From: the human T2T-CHM13v2.0 reference genome, Homo sapiens
Assembly: GCF_009914755.1 (NCBI RefSeq)
Contig: NC_060933.1
Reading direction: 5' to 3' (one strand)
DNA length: 64,000 nt
Shown here piece after piece: positions 15,901-30,449 of the stretch. Positions within the stretch are counted from its first letter, which is position 1. Every line of letters starts with the position of its first letter. The position numbers and the translations under genes were made by a program. The notes under the pieces were generated by a model that saw nothing but the letters and a program-made list of their open reading frames with translations, had not been told where the DNA came from and ran no database searches.

Positions 15901-18900
15901 TTCATTCCATTCCATTCCATTACATTCCATTCCATTCCGGAAGATTCCATTCCATTGCATTCCATTCCATTCCATTCCCGTGCACTCGCGTTGATTCCAT
16001 TCCATTCCTTTCCATTCCATTCCATTCCATTCCGTTCCGTTCCGTTCCGTTCCTTTCCATTCCATCCCATGCCATTCCATTCCATTCCGTTCCATTCCAT
16101 TCCATTCCATTCTATTCGGGTTAATTCCATTCCATTCCATTCGATTGCAATCGTGTTGATTCCATTCCATTCCATTCCATTCCATTCCATTCCATTCCAT
16201 TCCTTTCCATTCCATTACGGATGATTCCATTCCATTGCATTCCATTCCATTCCATTCCCCTGTACTCGTGTTGATTCCATTCCATTGCATTCCAATCCAT
16301 GCCCTTCCACTCGTGTTGATTCCATTCTTTCCATTCCATTCAAGTTGAATCCATTCCATTGCATTCCATTCCATTCGATTCCATTCGATTGCACTCGGGT
16401 TGATTCCATTCCATTGCATTCCATTCCATTCCATTCAATTCCATTCCGTTCCATTCCATTCCATTACATTCGGATTGATTCTATTCAACTCCCTTACTCT
16501 CCATTACATTCCATTCCATTCGGGTTGTTCCATTCCATTCCATTCCATTCCACTCCATTCCATTGCACTCGGGATGATTCTATTCCATTCCATTCCATTC
16601 CATTCCATTCCGGAAGATTCCATTCCATTGCATTCCATTCCATTCCATTCCCCTGCACTCGCGTTGATTCCATACCATTCCATTCTATTCCATTCCATTC
16701 CCTTCCTTTCCGTTCCATTCCATTCCATTCCATTCCATTCCATTCCATTCTGTTGCGTTCCATTCCATTGCATTCCATTCTATTCGCGTTAATTCCATTC
16801 CATTCCATTCGATTGCAATCGAGTTGATTCCATTCCATTCCATTCCATTCCATTCCATTCCATTCCATTCCTTTCCATTCCATTACGGATGATTCCATTC
16901 CATTGCATTCCATTCCATTCCATTCCCCTGTACTCGGGTTGATTCCATTCCATTCCATTCCAATCCTTGCCATTCCACTCGTGTTGATTCCATTCTTTCC
17001 ATTCCATTCAAGTTGAATCCATTCCATTGCATTCCATTCCATTCGATTCCATTCGATTGCACTCGGGTTGATTCCATTCCATTGCATTCCATTCCATTCC
17101 ATTCCATTCCATTCCATTCCATTCCGTTCCATTCCATTTCATTACATTCAGATTGATTCTATTCAATTCCCTTACACCCCATTATATTCCAATCCATTCT
17201 GGTTGTTTCCATTCCATTCCATTCCATTTCACTCCATTCCATTGCACTCGTGTTGATTCCATTCTATTCCATTCCATTGCATTCCATTCCATTCCATTCC
17301 GGATGATTCCATTCCATTGCATTCCATTCCATTCCATTCCCCTGCACTTGGGATGATTCCATTCCATTCCATTCCATTCCATTCCGTTCCATTCTATTCC
17401 ATTCCATTCGGATTGATTCTATTCAATTCCCTTACACTCCATTACATTCCATTCCATTCGGGTAGTTTCCATTCCATTCCATTCCATTCCTGTCCATTCC
17501 ATTGCACTCGGGTTGATTCCATTCCATTCCATTCCATTCCATTCCATTCCATTACATTACTTTCCATTCCATTCCGTTCCATTGTACTCGGGTTGATTCC
17601 ATTCCATTGCATTCCATTCCATTCCATTCCATTCCATTCCATTCCGTTCCATTCCATTACATTCGTATTGATTCTATTCAACTCCCTTAGTCTCCATTAC
17701 ATTCCATTCCATTCGGGTTGTTCCATTCCATTCCATTCCATTCCACTCCATTCCATTGCACTCGGGTTGATTCCATTCCATTCCATTCCATTCCATTCCA
17801 TTCCATTCCATTCCATTCCGGATGATTCCATTCCATTGCATTCCGTTCCATTACATTCCCCTGCACTCGGGTTGATTCCATTCCATTCCATTCCATTCCA
17901 TTCCAATTCTTTCCATTCCATTCTATTCCGTACCATTCCATTCCATTGCATACAATTCCATTCCATTCCATTCCACTCCGTTCCGTTCCGTTCCGTTCCT
18001 TTCCGTTCCATTCCATTCCATTCCATTCTATTCGGTTTAATTCCATTCCATTCCATTCCATTCCATTCTATTCCATTCCATTGCAATCGAGTTGAATCCA
18101 TTGCATTCCATTCGATTGCATTCCATTCCATTCCATTGCATTCCGGAAGATTCCATTATATTGCATTCAATTCCATTCCATTCCATTCCATTCCATTCCA
18201 TTCCATTCCATTCCATTCCATTCCATTGTACTCCGGTTGATTCCATTCCATTGCATTCCATTCCATTCCATTCCATTCCGTTCCATTCCATTCCATTACA
18301 TTCGGATTGATTCTTTTCAACTCCCTTACTCTCCATTACATTCCATTCCATTCGGGTTGCTCCATTCCATTCCATTCCATTCCACTCCATTCCATTGCAC
18401 TCGGGTTGATTCCATTCCATTCCATTCCATTCCATTCCATTCCATTCCATTCCGGATGATTCCATTCCATTGCATTCCGTTCCATTACATTCCCCTGCAC
18501 TCGGGTTGATTCCATTCCATTCCATTCCATTCCATTCGATTCCATTCCATTCCCCTGCACTCGCGTTGATTCCATTCCATTCCATTCCTTTCCATTCCAG
18601 TCCTTTCCATTACATTCCACTCGGGTTGATTCCATTCTATTAGTTTCCATTCCATTCCATTCCCTTCCATTCCACTCTGGTTGATTCCATTCCTTTCCAT
18701 TCCACTCGAATACATTCCCTCCTATTCCACTCGGAACGATTCCATTCCATTCCATTCCATTCCATTCCATTCCATTCCATTCCATTCCATTCCATTTCGT
18801 TCCATTCCGGATGATTCCATTCCATTGCATTCCGTTCCATTACATTCCCCTGCTCTCGCGTTGATTCCATTCCATTCCATTCCATTCCATTCAATCCCAT

Positions 18901-21900
18901 TCCATTACAGTTCGTTCCAATCCATTCTATTCCGTAGCATTCCATTCCATTCCATACCATTCCATTCCATTCCATTCCATTCCACTCGGTTCCATTCCGT
19001 TCCATTCCATTCCATTCCATTCTATTCGGATTAATTCCATTCCATTCCATTCCATTCCATTCTGTTCCATTCCATTGCAATCGAGTTGAATCCATTGCAT
19101 TTCATTCCATTCCATTCCATTCCATTCCGGAAGATTCCATTCCATTGCATTCCATTCCATTCCATTCCCCTGCACTCGCTTTGATTCCATTCCATTCCAT
19201 TCCATTCCGTTCCATTCCATTCCGTTCCGTTCCATTCCATTCCATTCCATTCCATTCCATTCCATTCCGTTCCGTTCCATTCCATTCCATTCCATTCTAT
19301 TGGGGTTAATTCCATTCCATTCCATTCGATTGCAATCGAATTGATTCCATTTCATTCCATTCCATTTCATTCCATTCCATTCCATTCCTATCCATTCCAT
19401 TACGGATGATTCCATTCCATTGCATTCCATTGCATTCCATTCCCCTGTACTTGGGTTGATTCCATTCCATTCCATTCCATCCCATGCCATTCCACTCGTG
19501 TTGATTCCATTCTTTCCATTCCATTCAAGTTGAATCCATTCCATTGCATTCCATTCCATTCGATTCCATTCGATTGCAGTCGGGTTGATTCCATTCCATT
19601 GCATTCCATTGCATTCCATTCCATTCCATTCCATTCCATTCCGGATGATTCCATTCCATTTCATTCCGTTCCATTACATACCCCTGCACTCGGGTTGATT
19701 CCATTCCATTCCATTCCATTCCATTCCATTCCATTCCATTCCATTCCAATTCTTTCCATTCCATTCTATTCCGTACCATTCCATTCCATTCCATACAATT
19801 CCATTCCACTCCATTCCACTCTGTTCCGTTCCGGTCCGTTCCGGTCCGTTCCATTCCATTCCATTCCATTCTATTCGGTTTAATTCCATTCCATTCCATT
19901 CCGTTCCATTGCAATCGAGTTGAATCCATTGCATTCCATTCCATTCCATTCCATTCCATTCCATTCCGGAAGATTCCATTCCATTGCATTCCATTCCATT
20001 CCATTCCATTCTATTCCATTCCATTCTATTCCATTGTACTCGTGTTGATTCCATTCCATTGCATTCCATTCCATTCCATTCCATTCCATTCCATTCCGTT
20101 CCATTCCATTCCATTCCATTCGGATTGATTCTTTTCAACTCCCTTACTCTCCATTACATTCCATTTCATTCGGGTTGTTCCATTCCATTCCATTCCTTTT
20201 CACTCCATTCCATTGCACTCGGGTTGATTCCATTCCATTCCATTCCATTCCATTCCGGATGATTCCATTGCATTCCGTTCCATTACATTCCCCTGCACTC
20301 GCGTTGATTCCATTCCATTCCATTCCATTCCATTCCTTTCCGTTCCATTCCATTCCATTCCATTCCATTCCGTTCCGTTCCATTCCATTCCATTCCATTC
20401 TATTCGGGTTAATTCCATTCCATTCCATTCGATTGCAATCGAGTTGATTCCATTCCATTCCATTCCATTCCATTCCATTCCATTCCATTCCAGTCCTTTC
20501 CATTCCATTACGGATGATTCCATTCCATTGCGTTCCATTCCATTCCATTCCCCTGTACTCGGGTTGATTCCATTCCATTCCATTCAAATCCATGACATTC
20601 CACTCGTGTTGATTCCATTCTTTCCTTTCCATTCAAGTTGAATCCATTCCATTGCATTCCACTCCATTCGATTCCATTCGATTGCACTCGGGTTGATTCC
20701 ATTCCATTGCATTCCATTCCATTCCATTCCATTCCATTCCATTCCATTCCATTCCGTTCCATTCCATTTCATTACATTCAGATTGATTCTATTCAATTCC
20801 CTTACACTCCATTATATTCCAATCCATTCTGGTTGTTTCCATTCCATTCCATTCCATTTCACTCCATTCAATTGCACTCGGGTTGATTCCATTCCATTCC
20901 ATTCCATTCCATTCCGGATGATTCCATTCCATTGCATTCCATTCCATTCCATTCCTGTGCACTCGTGTTGATTCCATTCCATTCCACTACATTACATTCG
21001 GTTTCATTACATTCCATTCTATTCGGATTTATTCTATTCAATTCCCTTACACTTCATTACATTCCATTCCATTCGGGTAGTTTCCATTCCATTCCATTCC
21101 ATTCCTCTCTATTCCATTGCACTCGGGTTGATTCCATTCCATTCCATTCCATTCCATTCCATTCCATTCCATTCCTTTCCATTCTATTCCATTCCATTGT
21201 ACTCGGGTTGATTCCATTCCATTGCATTCCATTCCATTCCATTCCATTCCGTTCCGTTCCATTCCATTCCATTACATTCGGATTGATTCTATTCAACTCC
21301 CTTACTCTCCATTACATTCGATTCCATTCGGGTTGTTCCATTCCATTCCATTCCATTCCATTCCACTCCATTCCATTGCACTCGGGTTTATTCCATTACA
21401 TTCCATTCCATTCCGGAATATTCCATTCCATTGCATTCCATTACATTCCGTTCCCCTGCACTCGCGTTGATTCCATTCCATTCCATTCCATTCCAATCCA
21501 TGCCATTCCATTCCATTCCATTCCATTCCATTCCTTTCCGTTCCATTCCATTCCATTCCATTCCATTCCATTCCATTCCATTCAGTTCCGTTCCGTTCCA
21601 TTCCATTCCATTCCATTCTATTCGGGTTAATTCCATTCCATTCCATTCGATTTCAATCGAGTTGATTCCATTCCATTCCATTCCATTCCATTCCATTCCA
21701 TTCCATTCCTTTCCATTCCATTACGGATGATTCCATTCCATTGCATTCCATTGCATTCCCCTGTACTCGGGTTGATTCCATTCCATTCCATTCCAATCCA
21801 TGCCATTCCACTCGTGTTGATTCCATTCTTTCCATTCCATTAAAGTTGAATCCATTCCATTGCATTTTATTCCATTCGATTCCATTCGATTGCACTCCGG

Positions 21901-24900
21901 TTGATTCCATTCTATTGCATTCCATTCCATTCCATTTCATTCCATTCCATTCCTTTCCATTCCATTCCATTCCATTCCTTTCCATTGCAATCGAGTTGAT
22001 TCCATTCCATTCCTTTCCATTGCATTCCATTGCCTTGCATTCCACTCGGGTTGATTCCATTCCCTTCTTTCCACTCCATTACATTCCCTTCCATTCCACT
22101 CGGAATGATTGATTCCATTCCATTCCATTCCATTTCATTCCATTGCAATCCATTCCACTCCATTCTATTCCATTCCATTCCACTCGAGTTGATTTCATTC
22201 CATTCTTTTCCATTCCATTCCATTCCTTTCCACTCGAGTTGATTCCATTCCATTCCATTCCATTGCGTTCCATTCCATGCCATTCCACTCGGGTTGATTC
22301 CATTCCATTCCATTCCATTCCATTCCATTCTATTCCATTCCATTCCATTGCATTCCATTCCATTCCATTCCCCTGCACTCGGGTTGATTCCATTCCATTC
22401 CATTCCATTCCATTTAATTCCATTCCATTCCATTCCATTCCATTCCATTCCATTCCATTCCAATCCGTTCCATTCCATTCCATTCCATTCCATTGCAATC
22501 GACTTGATTCCACTCCATTCCATTCCATTCCATTCCATTCCATTCCATTCCATTCCATTCCATTTTGTTCCAATCCATTCTATTCCGAACCATTCCATTC
22601 CATTCCATTCCATTCCATTCCATTCCATTCCATTCCATTCCATGCCATTACACTCGGGTTGATTCCATTCCTTTCCATTCCATTCGGATTGAATCCATTC
22701 CACTGCATTCCATTCCATTCGAATCCATTCCATTGCTCTCGGGTTGATTCCATTCCATTCCATTCCATTCGATTCCATTCCATTCCATTCCATTCTTTTC
22801 CATTGCATTTCATTACATTCAGATTGATTCTATTCAATTCCCTTACACTCCATTATATTCCAATCCATTCTGGTTGTTTCCATTCCATTCCATTCCATTT
22901 CACTGCATTCCATTGCACTCGGTTTGATTCCATTCCATTCCATTCCATTCCATTCCGGATGATTCCATTCCATTGCATTCCATTCCATTCCATTCCCCTG
23001 CACTCAGGTTGATTCCATTCCATTCCATTCCACTGCATTCGGTTCCGTTCCATTCCATTCTATTGCATTCCATTCTATTCGGGTTAATTCCATTCCATTC
23101 TATTCCATTCCATTCCATTCCATTCCATTGCAATGGAGTTGATTTCATTCCATTCCATTCCATTCCGGATGATTCCATTCCATTGCATTCCATTCCATTC
23201 CATTCCCCTGCCCTCGTGTTGATTCCATTCCCTTCCATTCCATTCCATTGCATTCCATTCTACTCTGGTTAATTCCATTCCATTCCATTTCATTCCATTC
23301 CATTCCATTCCATTCCATTCCATTGCAATCGAGTTGATTCCATTCCATTCCTTTCCATTCCATTCCATTGCCTTGCATTCCAATCGGGTTGATTCCATTC
23401 CCTTCTTTCCACTCCATTACATGCCCTTCCATTCCACTCGGAATGATTGATTCCATTCCATTCCATTCCATTTCATTCCATTGCAATCCATTCCAATCCA
23501 TTCCATTCCATTCCATTCCACTCGAGTTGATTTCATTCCATTCCTTTCCATTCCATTCCATTCCTTTCCACTCGAGTTGATTCCATTCCATTCCATTCCA
23601 TTCCATTCCATTCCATTCCATTCCATTCCATTCCGTTGCATTCCATTCCATTACATTCGGATTGATTCTATTCAACTCCCTTACTCTCCATTACATTCCA
23701 TTCCATTCGGGTTGTTTCATTCCATTCCTTTCCGTTCCACTCCATTCAATTGCACTCGGGTTGATTCCATTCCATTCCATTCCATTCCATTCCATTCCAT
23801 TCCGGATGATTCCATTCCATTGCATTCCGTTCCATTACATTCCCCTGCACTCGCGTTGATTCCATTCCATTCCACTCCTTTCCATTCAATTCCATTCCAT
23901 TACAATTCGTTCCAATCCATTCTATTCCGTACCATTCCATTCCATTTCATACCATTCCATTCCATTCCATTCCACTCCGTTCCATTCCGTTCCATTCCAT
24001 TCCATTCCATTCTATTCGGTTTAATTCCATTCCATTCCATTCCATTCCATTCCATTCCATTTCTATTCCATTCTATTGCAATCGAGTTGAATCCATTGCA
24101 TTTCATTCCATTCCATTCCATTACATTCCATTCCATTCCGGAAGATTCCATTCCATTGCATTCCATTCCATTCCATTCCCGTGCACTCGCGTTGATTCCA
24201 TTCCATTCCTTTCCATTCCATTCCATTCCATTCCGTTCCGTTCCGTTCCGTTCCTTTCCATTCCATCCCATGCCATTCCATTCCATTCCGTTCCATTCCA
24301 TTCCATTCCATTCTATTCGGGTTAATTCCATTCCATTCCATTCGATTGCAATCGTGTTGATTCCATTCCATTCCATTCCATTCCATTCCATTCCATTCCA
24401 TTCCTTTCCATTCCATTACGGATGATTCCATTCCATTGCATTCCATTCCATTCCATTCCCCTGTACTCGTGTTGATTCCATTCCATTGCATTCCAATCCA
24501 TGCCCTTCCACTCGTGTTGATTCCATTCTTTCCATTCCATTCAAGTTGAATCCATTCCATTGCATTCCATTCCATTCGATTCCATTCGATTGCACTCGGG
24601 TTGATTCCATTCCATTGCATTCCATTCCATTCCATTCAATTCCATTCCGTTCCATTCCATTCCATTACATTCGGATTGATTCTATTCAACTCCCTTACTC
24701 TCCATTACATTCCATTCCATTCGGGTTGTTCCATTCCATTCCATTCCATTCCACTCCATTCCATTGCACTCGGGATGATTCCATTCCATTCCATTCCATT
24801 CCATTCCATTCCGGAAGATTCCATTCCATTGCATTCCATTCCATTCCATTCCCCTGCACTCGCGTTGATTCCATACCATTCCATTCTATTCCATTCCATT

Positions 24901-27008
24901 CCCTTCCTTTCCGTTCCATTCCATTCCATTCCATTCCATTCCATTCCATTCTGTTGCGTTCCATTCCATTGCATTCCATTCTATTCGCGTTAATTCCATT
25001 CCATTCCATTCGATTGCAATCGAGTTGATTCCATTCCATTCCATTCCATTCCATTCCATTCCATTCCATTCCTTTCCATTCCATTACGGATGATTCCATT
25101 CCATTGCATTCCATTCCATTCCATTCCCCTGTACTCGGGTTGATTCCATTCCATTCCATTCCAATCCTTGCCATTCCACTCGTGTTGATTCCATTCTTTC
25201 CATTCCATTCAAGTTGAATCCATTCCATTGCATTCCATTCCATTCGATTCCATTCGATTGCACTCGGGTTGATTCCATTCCATTGCATTCCATTCCATTC
25301 CATTCCATTCCATTCCATTCCATTCCGTTCCATTCCATTTCATTACATTCAGATTGATTCTATTCAATTCCCTTACACCCCATTATATTCCAATCCATTC
25401 TGGTTGTTTCCATTCCATTCCATTCCATTTCACTCCATTCCATTGCACTCGTGTTGATTCCATTCTATTCCATTCCATTGCATTCCATTCCATTCCATTC
25501 CGGATGATTCCATTCCATTGCATTCCATTCCATTCCATTCCCCTGCACTTGGGATGATTCCATTCCATTCCATTCCATTCCATTCCGTTCCATTCTATTC
25601 CATTCCATTCGGATTGATTCTATTCAATTCCCTTACACTCCATTACATTCCATTCCATTCGGGTAGTTTCCATTCCATTCCATTCCATTCCTGTCCATTC
25701 CATTGCACTCGGGTTGATTCCATTCCATTCCATTCCATTCCATTCCATTCCATTACATTACTTTCCATTCCATTCCGTTCCATTGTACTCGGGTTGATTC
25801 CATTCCATTGCATTCCATTCCATTCCATTCCATTCCATTCCATTCCATTCCGTTCCATTCCATTACATTCGTATTGATTCTATTCAACTCCCTTAGTCTC
25901 CATTACATTCCATTCCATTCGGGTTGTTCCATTCCATTCCATTCCATTCCACTCCATTCCATTGCACTCGGGTTGATTCCATTCCATTCCATTCCATTCC
26001 ATTCCATTCCATTCCATTCCATTCCGGATGATTCCATTCCATTGCATTCCGTTCCATTACATTCCCCTGCACTCGGGTTGATTCCATTCCATTCCATTCC
26101 ATTCCATTCCAATTCTTTCCATTCCATTCTATTCCGTACCATTCCATTCCATTGCATACAATTCCATTCCATTCCATTCCACTCCGTTCCGTTCCGTTCC
26201 GTTCCTTTCCGTTCCATTCCATTCCATTCCATTCTATTCGGTTTAATTCCATTCCATTCCATTCCATTCCATTCTATTCCATTCCATTGCAATCGAGTTG
26301 AATCCATTGCATTCCATTCGATTGCATTCCATTCCATTCCATTGCATTCCGGAAGATTCCATTATATTGCATTCAATTCCATTCCATTCCATTCCATTCC
26401 ATTCCATTCCATTCCATTCCATTCCATTCCATTGTACTCCGGTTGATTCCATTCCATTGCATTCCATTCCATTCCATTCCATTCCGTTCCATTCCATTCC
26501 ATTACATTCGGATTGATTCTTTTCAACTCCCTTACTCTCCATTACATTCCATTCCATTCGGGTTGCTCCATTCCATTCCATTCCATTCCACTCCATTCCA
26601 TTGCACTCGGGTTGATTCCATTCCATTCCATTCCATTCCATTCCATTCCATTCCATTCCGGATGATTCCATTCCATTGCATTCCGTTCCATTACATTCCC
26701 CTGCACTCGGGTTGATTCCATTCCATTCCATTCCATTCCATTCGATTCCATTCCATTCCCCTGCACTCGCGTTGATTCCATTCCATTCCATTCCTTTCCA
26801 TTCCAGTCCTTTCCATTACATTCCACTCGGGTTGATTCCATTCTATTAGTTTCCATTCCATTCCATTCCCTTCCATTCCACTCTGGTTGATTCCATTCCT
26901 TTCCATTCCACTCGAATACATTCCCTCCTATTCCACTCGGAACGATTCCATTCCATTCCATTCCATTCCATTCCATTCCATTCCATTCCATTCCATTTCG
27001 TTCCATTC
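11510..27008 (+). repeat. Large near-identical tandem duplication: copy 1 ~11510-18800 (7.3 kb), copy 2 ~18801-27008 (8.2 kb)
   Basis: Identical ORF translations recur at offsets 7294-7304 (11737/19031, 12380/19674, 13209/20508) and then 8201-8211 (14642/22853, 15699/23900, 17687/25893). Shared private variants include cccctgctctcgcg, tattggggtt, ggaatattcc and ctgttgcgtt. Confidence 0.92.
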
Positions 27009-30000
27009 CATTCTATTCCGTATCATTCCATTCCGTTCCATTCCATTCCATTCCATTCCATTCATGTTGATTCCATTCCTTTCCATTCCATTCGGTTTGA
27101 AGGCATTCCATTCCATTCCATTCCATTCCATTCCATTCCATTCCATTCCATTCCATTGTACTCGGGTTGATTCCATTCCATTGCATTCCATTCCATTCCA
27201 TTCCATTCCATTCCGTTGCATTCCATTCCATTACATTCGGATTGATTCTATTCAACTCCCTTACTCTCCATTACATTCCATTCCATTCGGGTTGTTCCAT
27301 TCCATTCCATTCCATTCCACTGCATTCTATTGCACGCGGGTTGATTCCATTCCATTCCATTCCATTCCATTCCATTCCGGATGATTCCATTCCATTGCAT
27401 TCCATTCCATTACATTCCCCTGCACTCGCGTTGATTCCATTCCATTCCATTCCATTCCATTCAATTCCATTCCATTACAATTCGTTCCATTCCATTCTAT
27501 TCCGTACCATTCCATTCCATTCCATACCATTCCATTGCATTCCATTCCATTCCATTCCGTTCCATTCCGTTCCATTGCATTCCATTCCATTCTATTCGGG
27601 TTAATTCCATTCCATTCCATTCCATTCTATTCCATTCCATTGCAATCGAGTTGAATCCATTGCATTTCATTCCATTCCATTCCATTCCATTCCATTCCGG
27701 AAGATTCCATTCCATTGCATTCCATTCCATTCCATTCCCCTGCACTCGCGTTGATTCCATTCCATTCCATTCCATTCCATTCCATCCCATTCCGTTCCGT
27801 TCCGTTGCGTTCCGTTCCATTCCATTCCATTCCATTCCATTCCATTCCGTTCCGTTCCATTCCATTCCATTCCATTCTATTTGGTTTAATTCCATTCCAT
27901 TCCATTCGATTGCAATCGAGTTGATTCCATTCCATTCCATTCCATTCCATTCCATTCCATTCCATTCCATTCCTTTCCATTCCATTACGGATTATTCCAT
28001 TCCATTGATTCCATTCCATTCCATTCCCCTGTACTCGGGTTGATTCCATTCCATTCTTTCCAATCCATGCCATTCCACTCGTGTTGATTCCATTCTTTCC
28101 ATTCCATTCAAGTTGAATCCATTCCATTGCATTCCATTCCATTCGATTCCATTCGATTGCACTCGGGTTGATTCCATTCCATTGCATTCCATTCCATTCC
28201 ATTCCATTCCATTCCATTCCGTTCCATTCCATTCCATTACATTCGGATTGATTCTATTCAATTCCCTTACACTCCAATACATTCCATTCCATTTGGGTAG
28301 TTTCCATTCCATTCCATTCCTCTCCATTCCATTGCACTCGGGTTGATTCCATTCCATTGCATTCCATTCCATTCCATTCAATTCCATTCCGTTCCATTCC
28401 ATTCCATTACATTCGGATTGATTCTATTCAAGTCCCTTACTCTCCATTACATTACATTACATTCGGGTTGTTCCATTCCATTCCATTCCATTCCACTCCA
28501 TTCCATTGCACTCGGGTTTATTCCATTCCATTGCATTCCATTCCATTCCATTCCATTACATTCCGTTCCATTCCATTCCATTCCATTCGGATTGATTCTA
28601 TTCAATTCCCTTACACTCCATTACATTCCATTCCATTCGGGTAGTTTCCATTCCATTCCATTCCATTCCTCTCCATTCCATTGCACTCGGGTTGATACCA
28701 TTCCATTCCATTCCATTCCATTCCATTCCATTCCATTCCGTTCCATTGTACTCGGTTTGATTTCATTCCATTGCATTCCATTCCATTCCATTCCATTCCA
28801 TTCCATTCCATTCCATTCCATTCCTTTCCATTCCATTACATTCGGATTGATTCTATTCAACTCCCTTTCTCTCCATTACATTCCATTCCATTCGGGTTGT
28901 TCCATTCCATTCCATTCCACTCCATTCCATTGCACTCGGGTTGATTCCATTCCATTCCATTCCATTCCATTCCATTCCATTCCATTCCGGATGATTCCAT
29001 TCCATTGCATTCCGTTCCATTACATTCCCCTGCACTCGGGTTGATTCCATTCCCTTCCATTCCATTCCATTCCATTCCATTCCATTCCATTCCAATTCAT
29101 TCCATTCCATTCTATTCCGTACCATTCCATTCCATTCCTTACAATTCCATTCCATTCCATTCCACTCCGTTCCGTTCCGTTCAGTTCCGTTCCGTTCCGT
29201 TCCATTCCATTCCATTCCATTCTATTCGGTTTAATTCCATTCCATTCCATTCCATTCCATTCTATTCCATTCCATTGCAATCGAGTTGAATCCATTGCAT
29301 TCCATTCCATTCCATTCCATTCCATTCCTTTCCATTCCGGAAGATTCCATTCCATTGCATTCCATTCCATTCCATTCCGTTCCATTCCATTCCATTCCAT
29401 TCCATTCCATTGTACTCGGGTTGATTCCATTCCATTGCATTCCATTCCATTCCATTCCATTCCATTCCGTTCCATTCCATTCCATTACATTCGGATTGAT
29501 TCTTTTCAACTCCCTTACTCTCCATTACATTCCATTCCATTCGGGTTGTTCCATTCCATTCCATTCCATTCCACTCCATTCCATTGCACTCGGGTTGATT
29601 CCATTCCATTCCATTCCATTCCATTCCATTCCGGATGATTCCTTTCCATTGCATTCCGTTCCATTACAGTCCCCTGCACTCGGGTTGATTCCATTACATT
29701 CCATTCCATTCCATTCGATTCCATTCCATTCTCCTGCACTCGCGTTGATTCCATTCCATTCCATTCCATTCCATTCCATTCCATTCCATTCCATTCCATT
29801 CCTTTCCATTCCAGTCCTTTCCATTCCATTCCACTAGGGTTGATTCCATTCTATTAGTTTCCATTCCATTCCATTCCCTTCCATTCCACTCTGGTTGATT
29901 CCATTCCTTTCCATTCCACTGGAATACATTCCCTCCTATTCCACTCGGAACGATTCCATTCCATTCCATTCCATTCCATTCCATTCCATTCCATTCCATT

Positions 30001-30449
30001 TCGTTCCATTCCATCCTATTCCGTATCATTCCATTCCATTCCATTCCATTCCATTCCATTCCATTCCATTCCACTCGTGTTGATTCCATTCCTTTCCATT
30101 CCATTCGGTTTGAAGGCATTCCATTCCATTCCATTCCATTCCATTCCATTCCATTGTACTCGGGTTGATTCCATTCCATTGCATTCCATTCCATTCCATT
30201 CAATTCCATTCCGTTGCATTCCATTCCATTACATTCTGATTGATTCTATTCAACTCCCTTACTCTCCGTTACATTCCATTCCATTCGGGTTGTTCCATTC
30301 CATTCCATTCCATTCCACTTTATTCCATTGCACTCGGGTTGATTCCATTCCATTCCATTCCATTCCATTCCGGATGATTCCATTCCATTGCATTCCGTTC
30401 CATTACATTCCCCTGCACTCGCGTTGATTCCATTCCATTCCATTCCATT

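Larger units (their letters stand above)
1..30420 (+). repeat. Type-A sub-domain of the array
   Basis: Repeated words ATTCAAGTTGAATCC, CCAATCCATGCC, TTACGGATG, CCGGAAGATT and CAACTCCCTTACTCTCC...GGGTTGTTCC. The right boundary is approximate. Confidence 0.75.
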
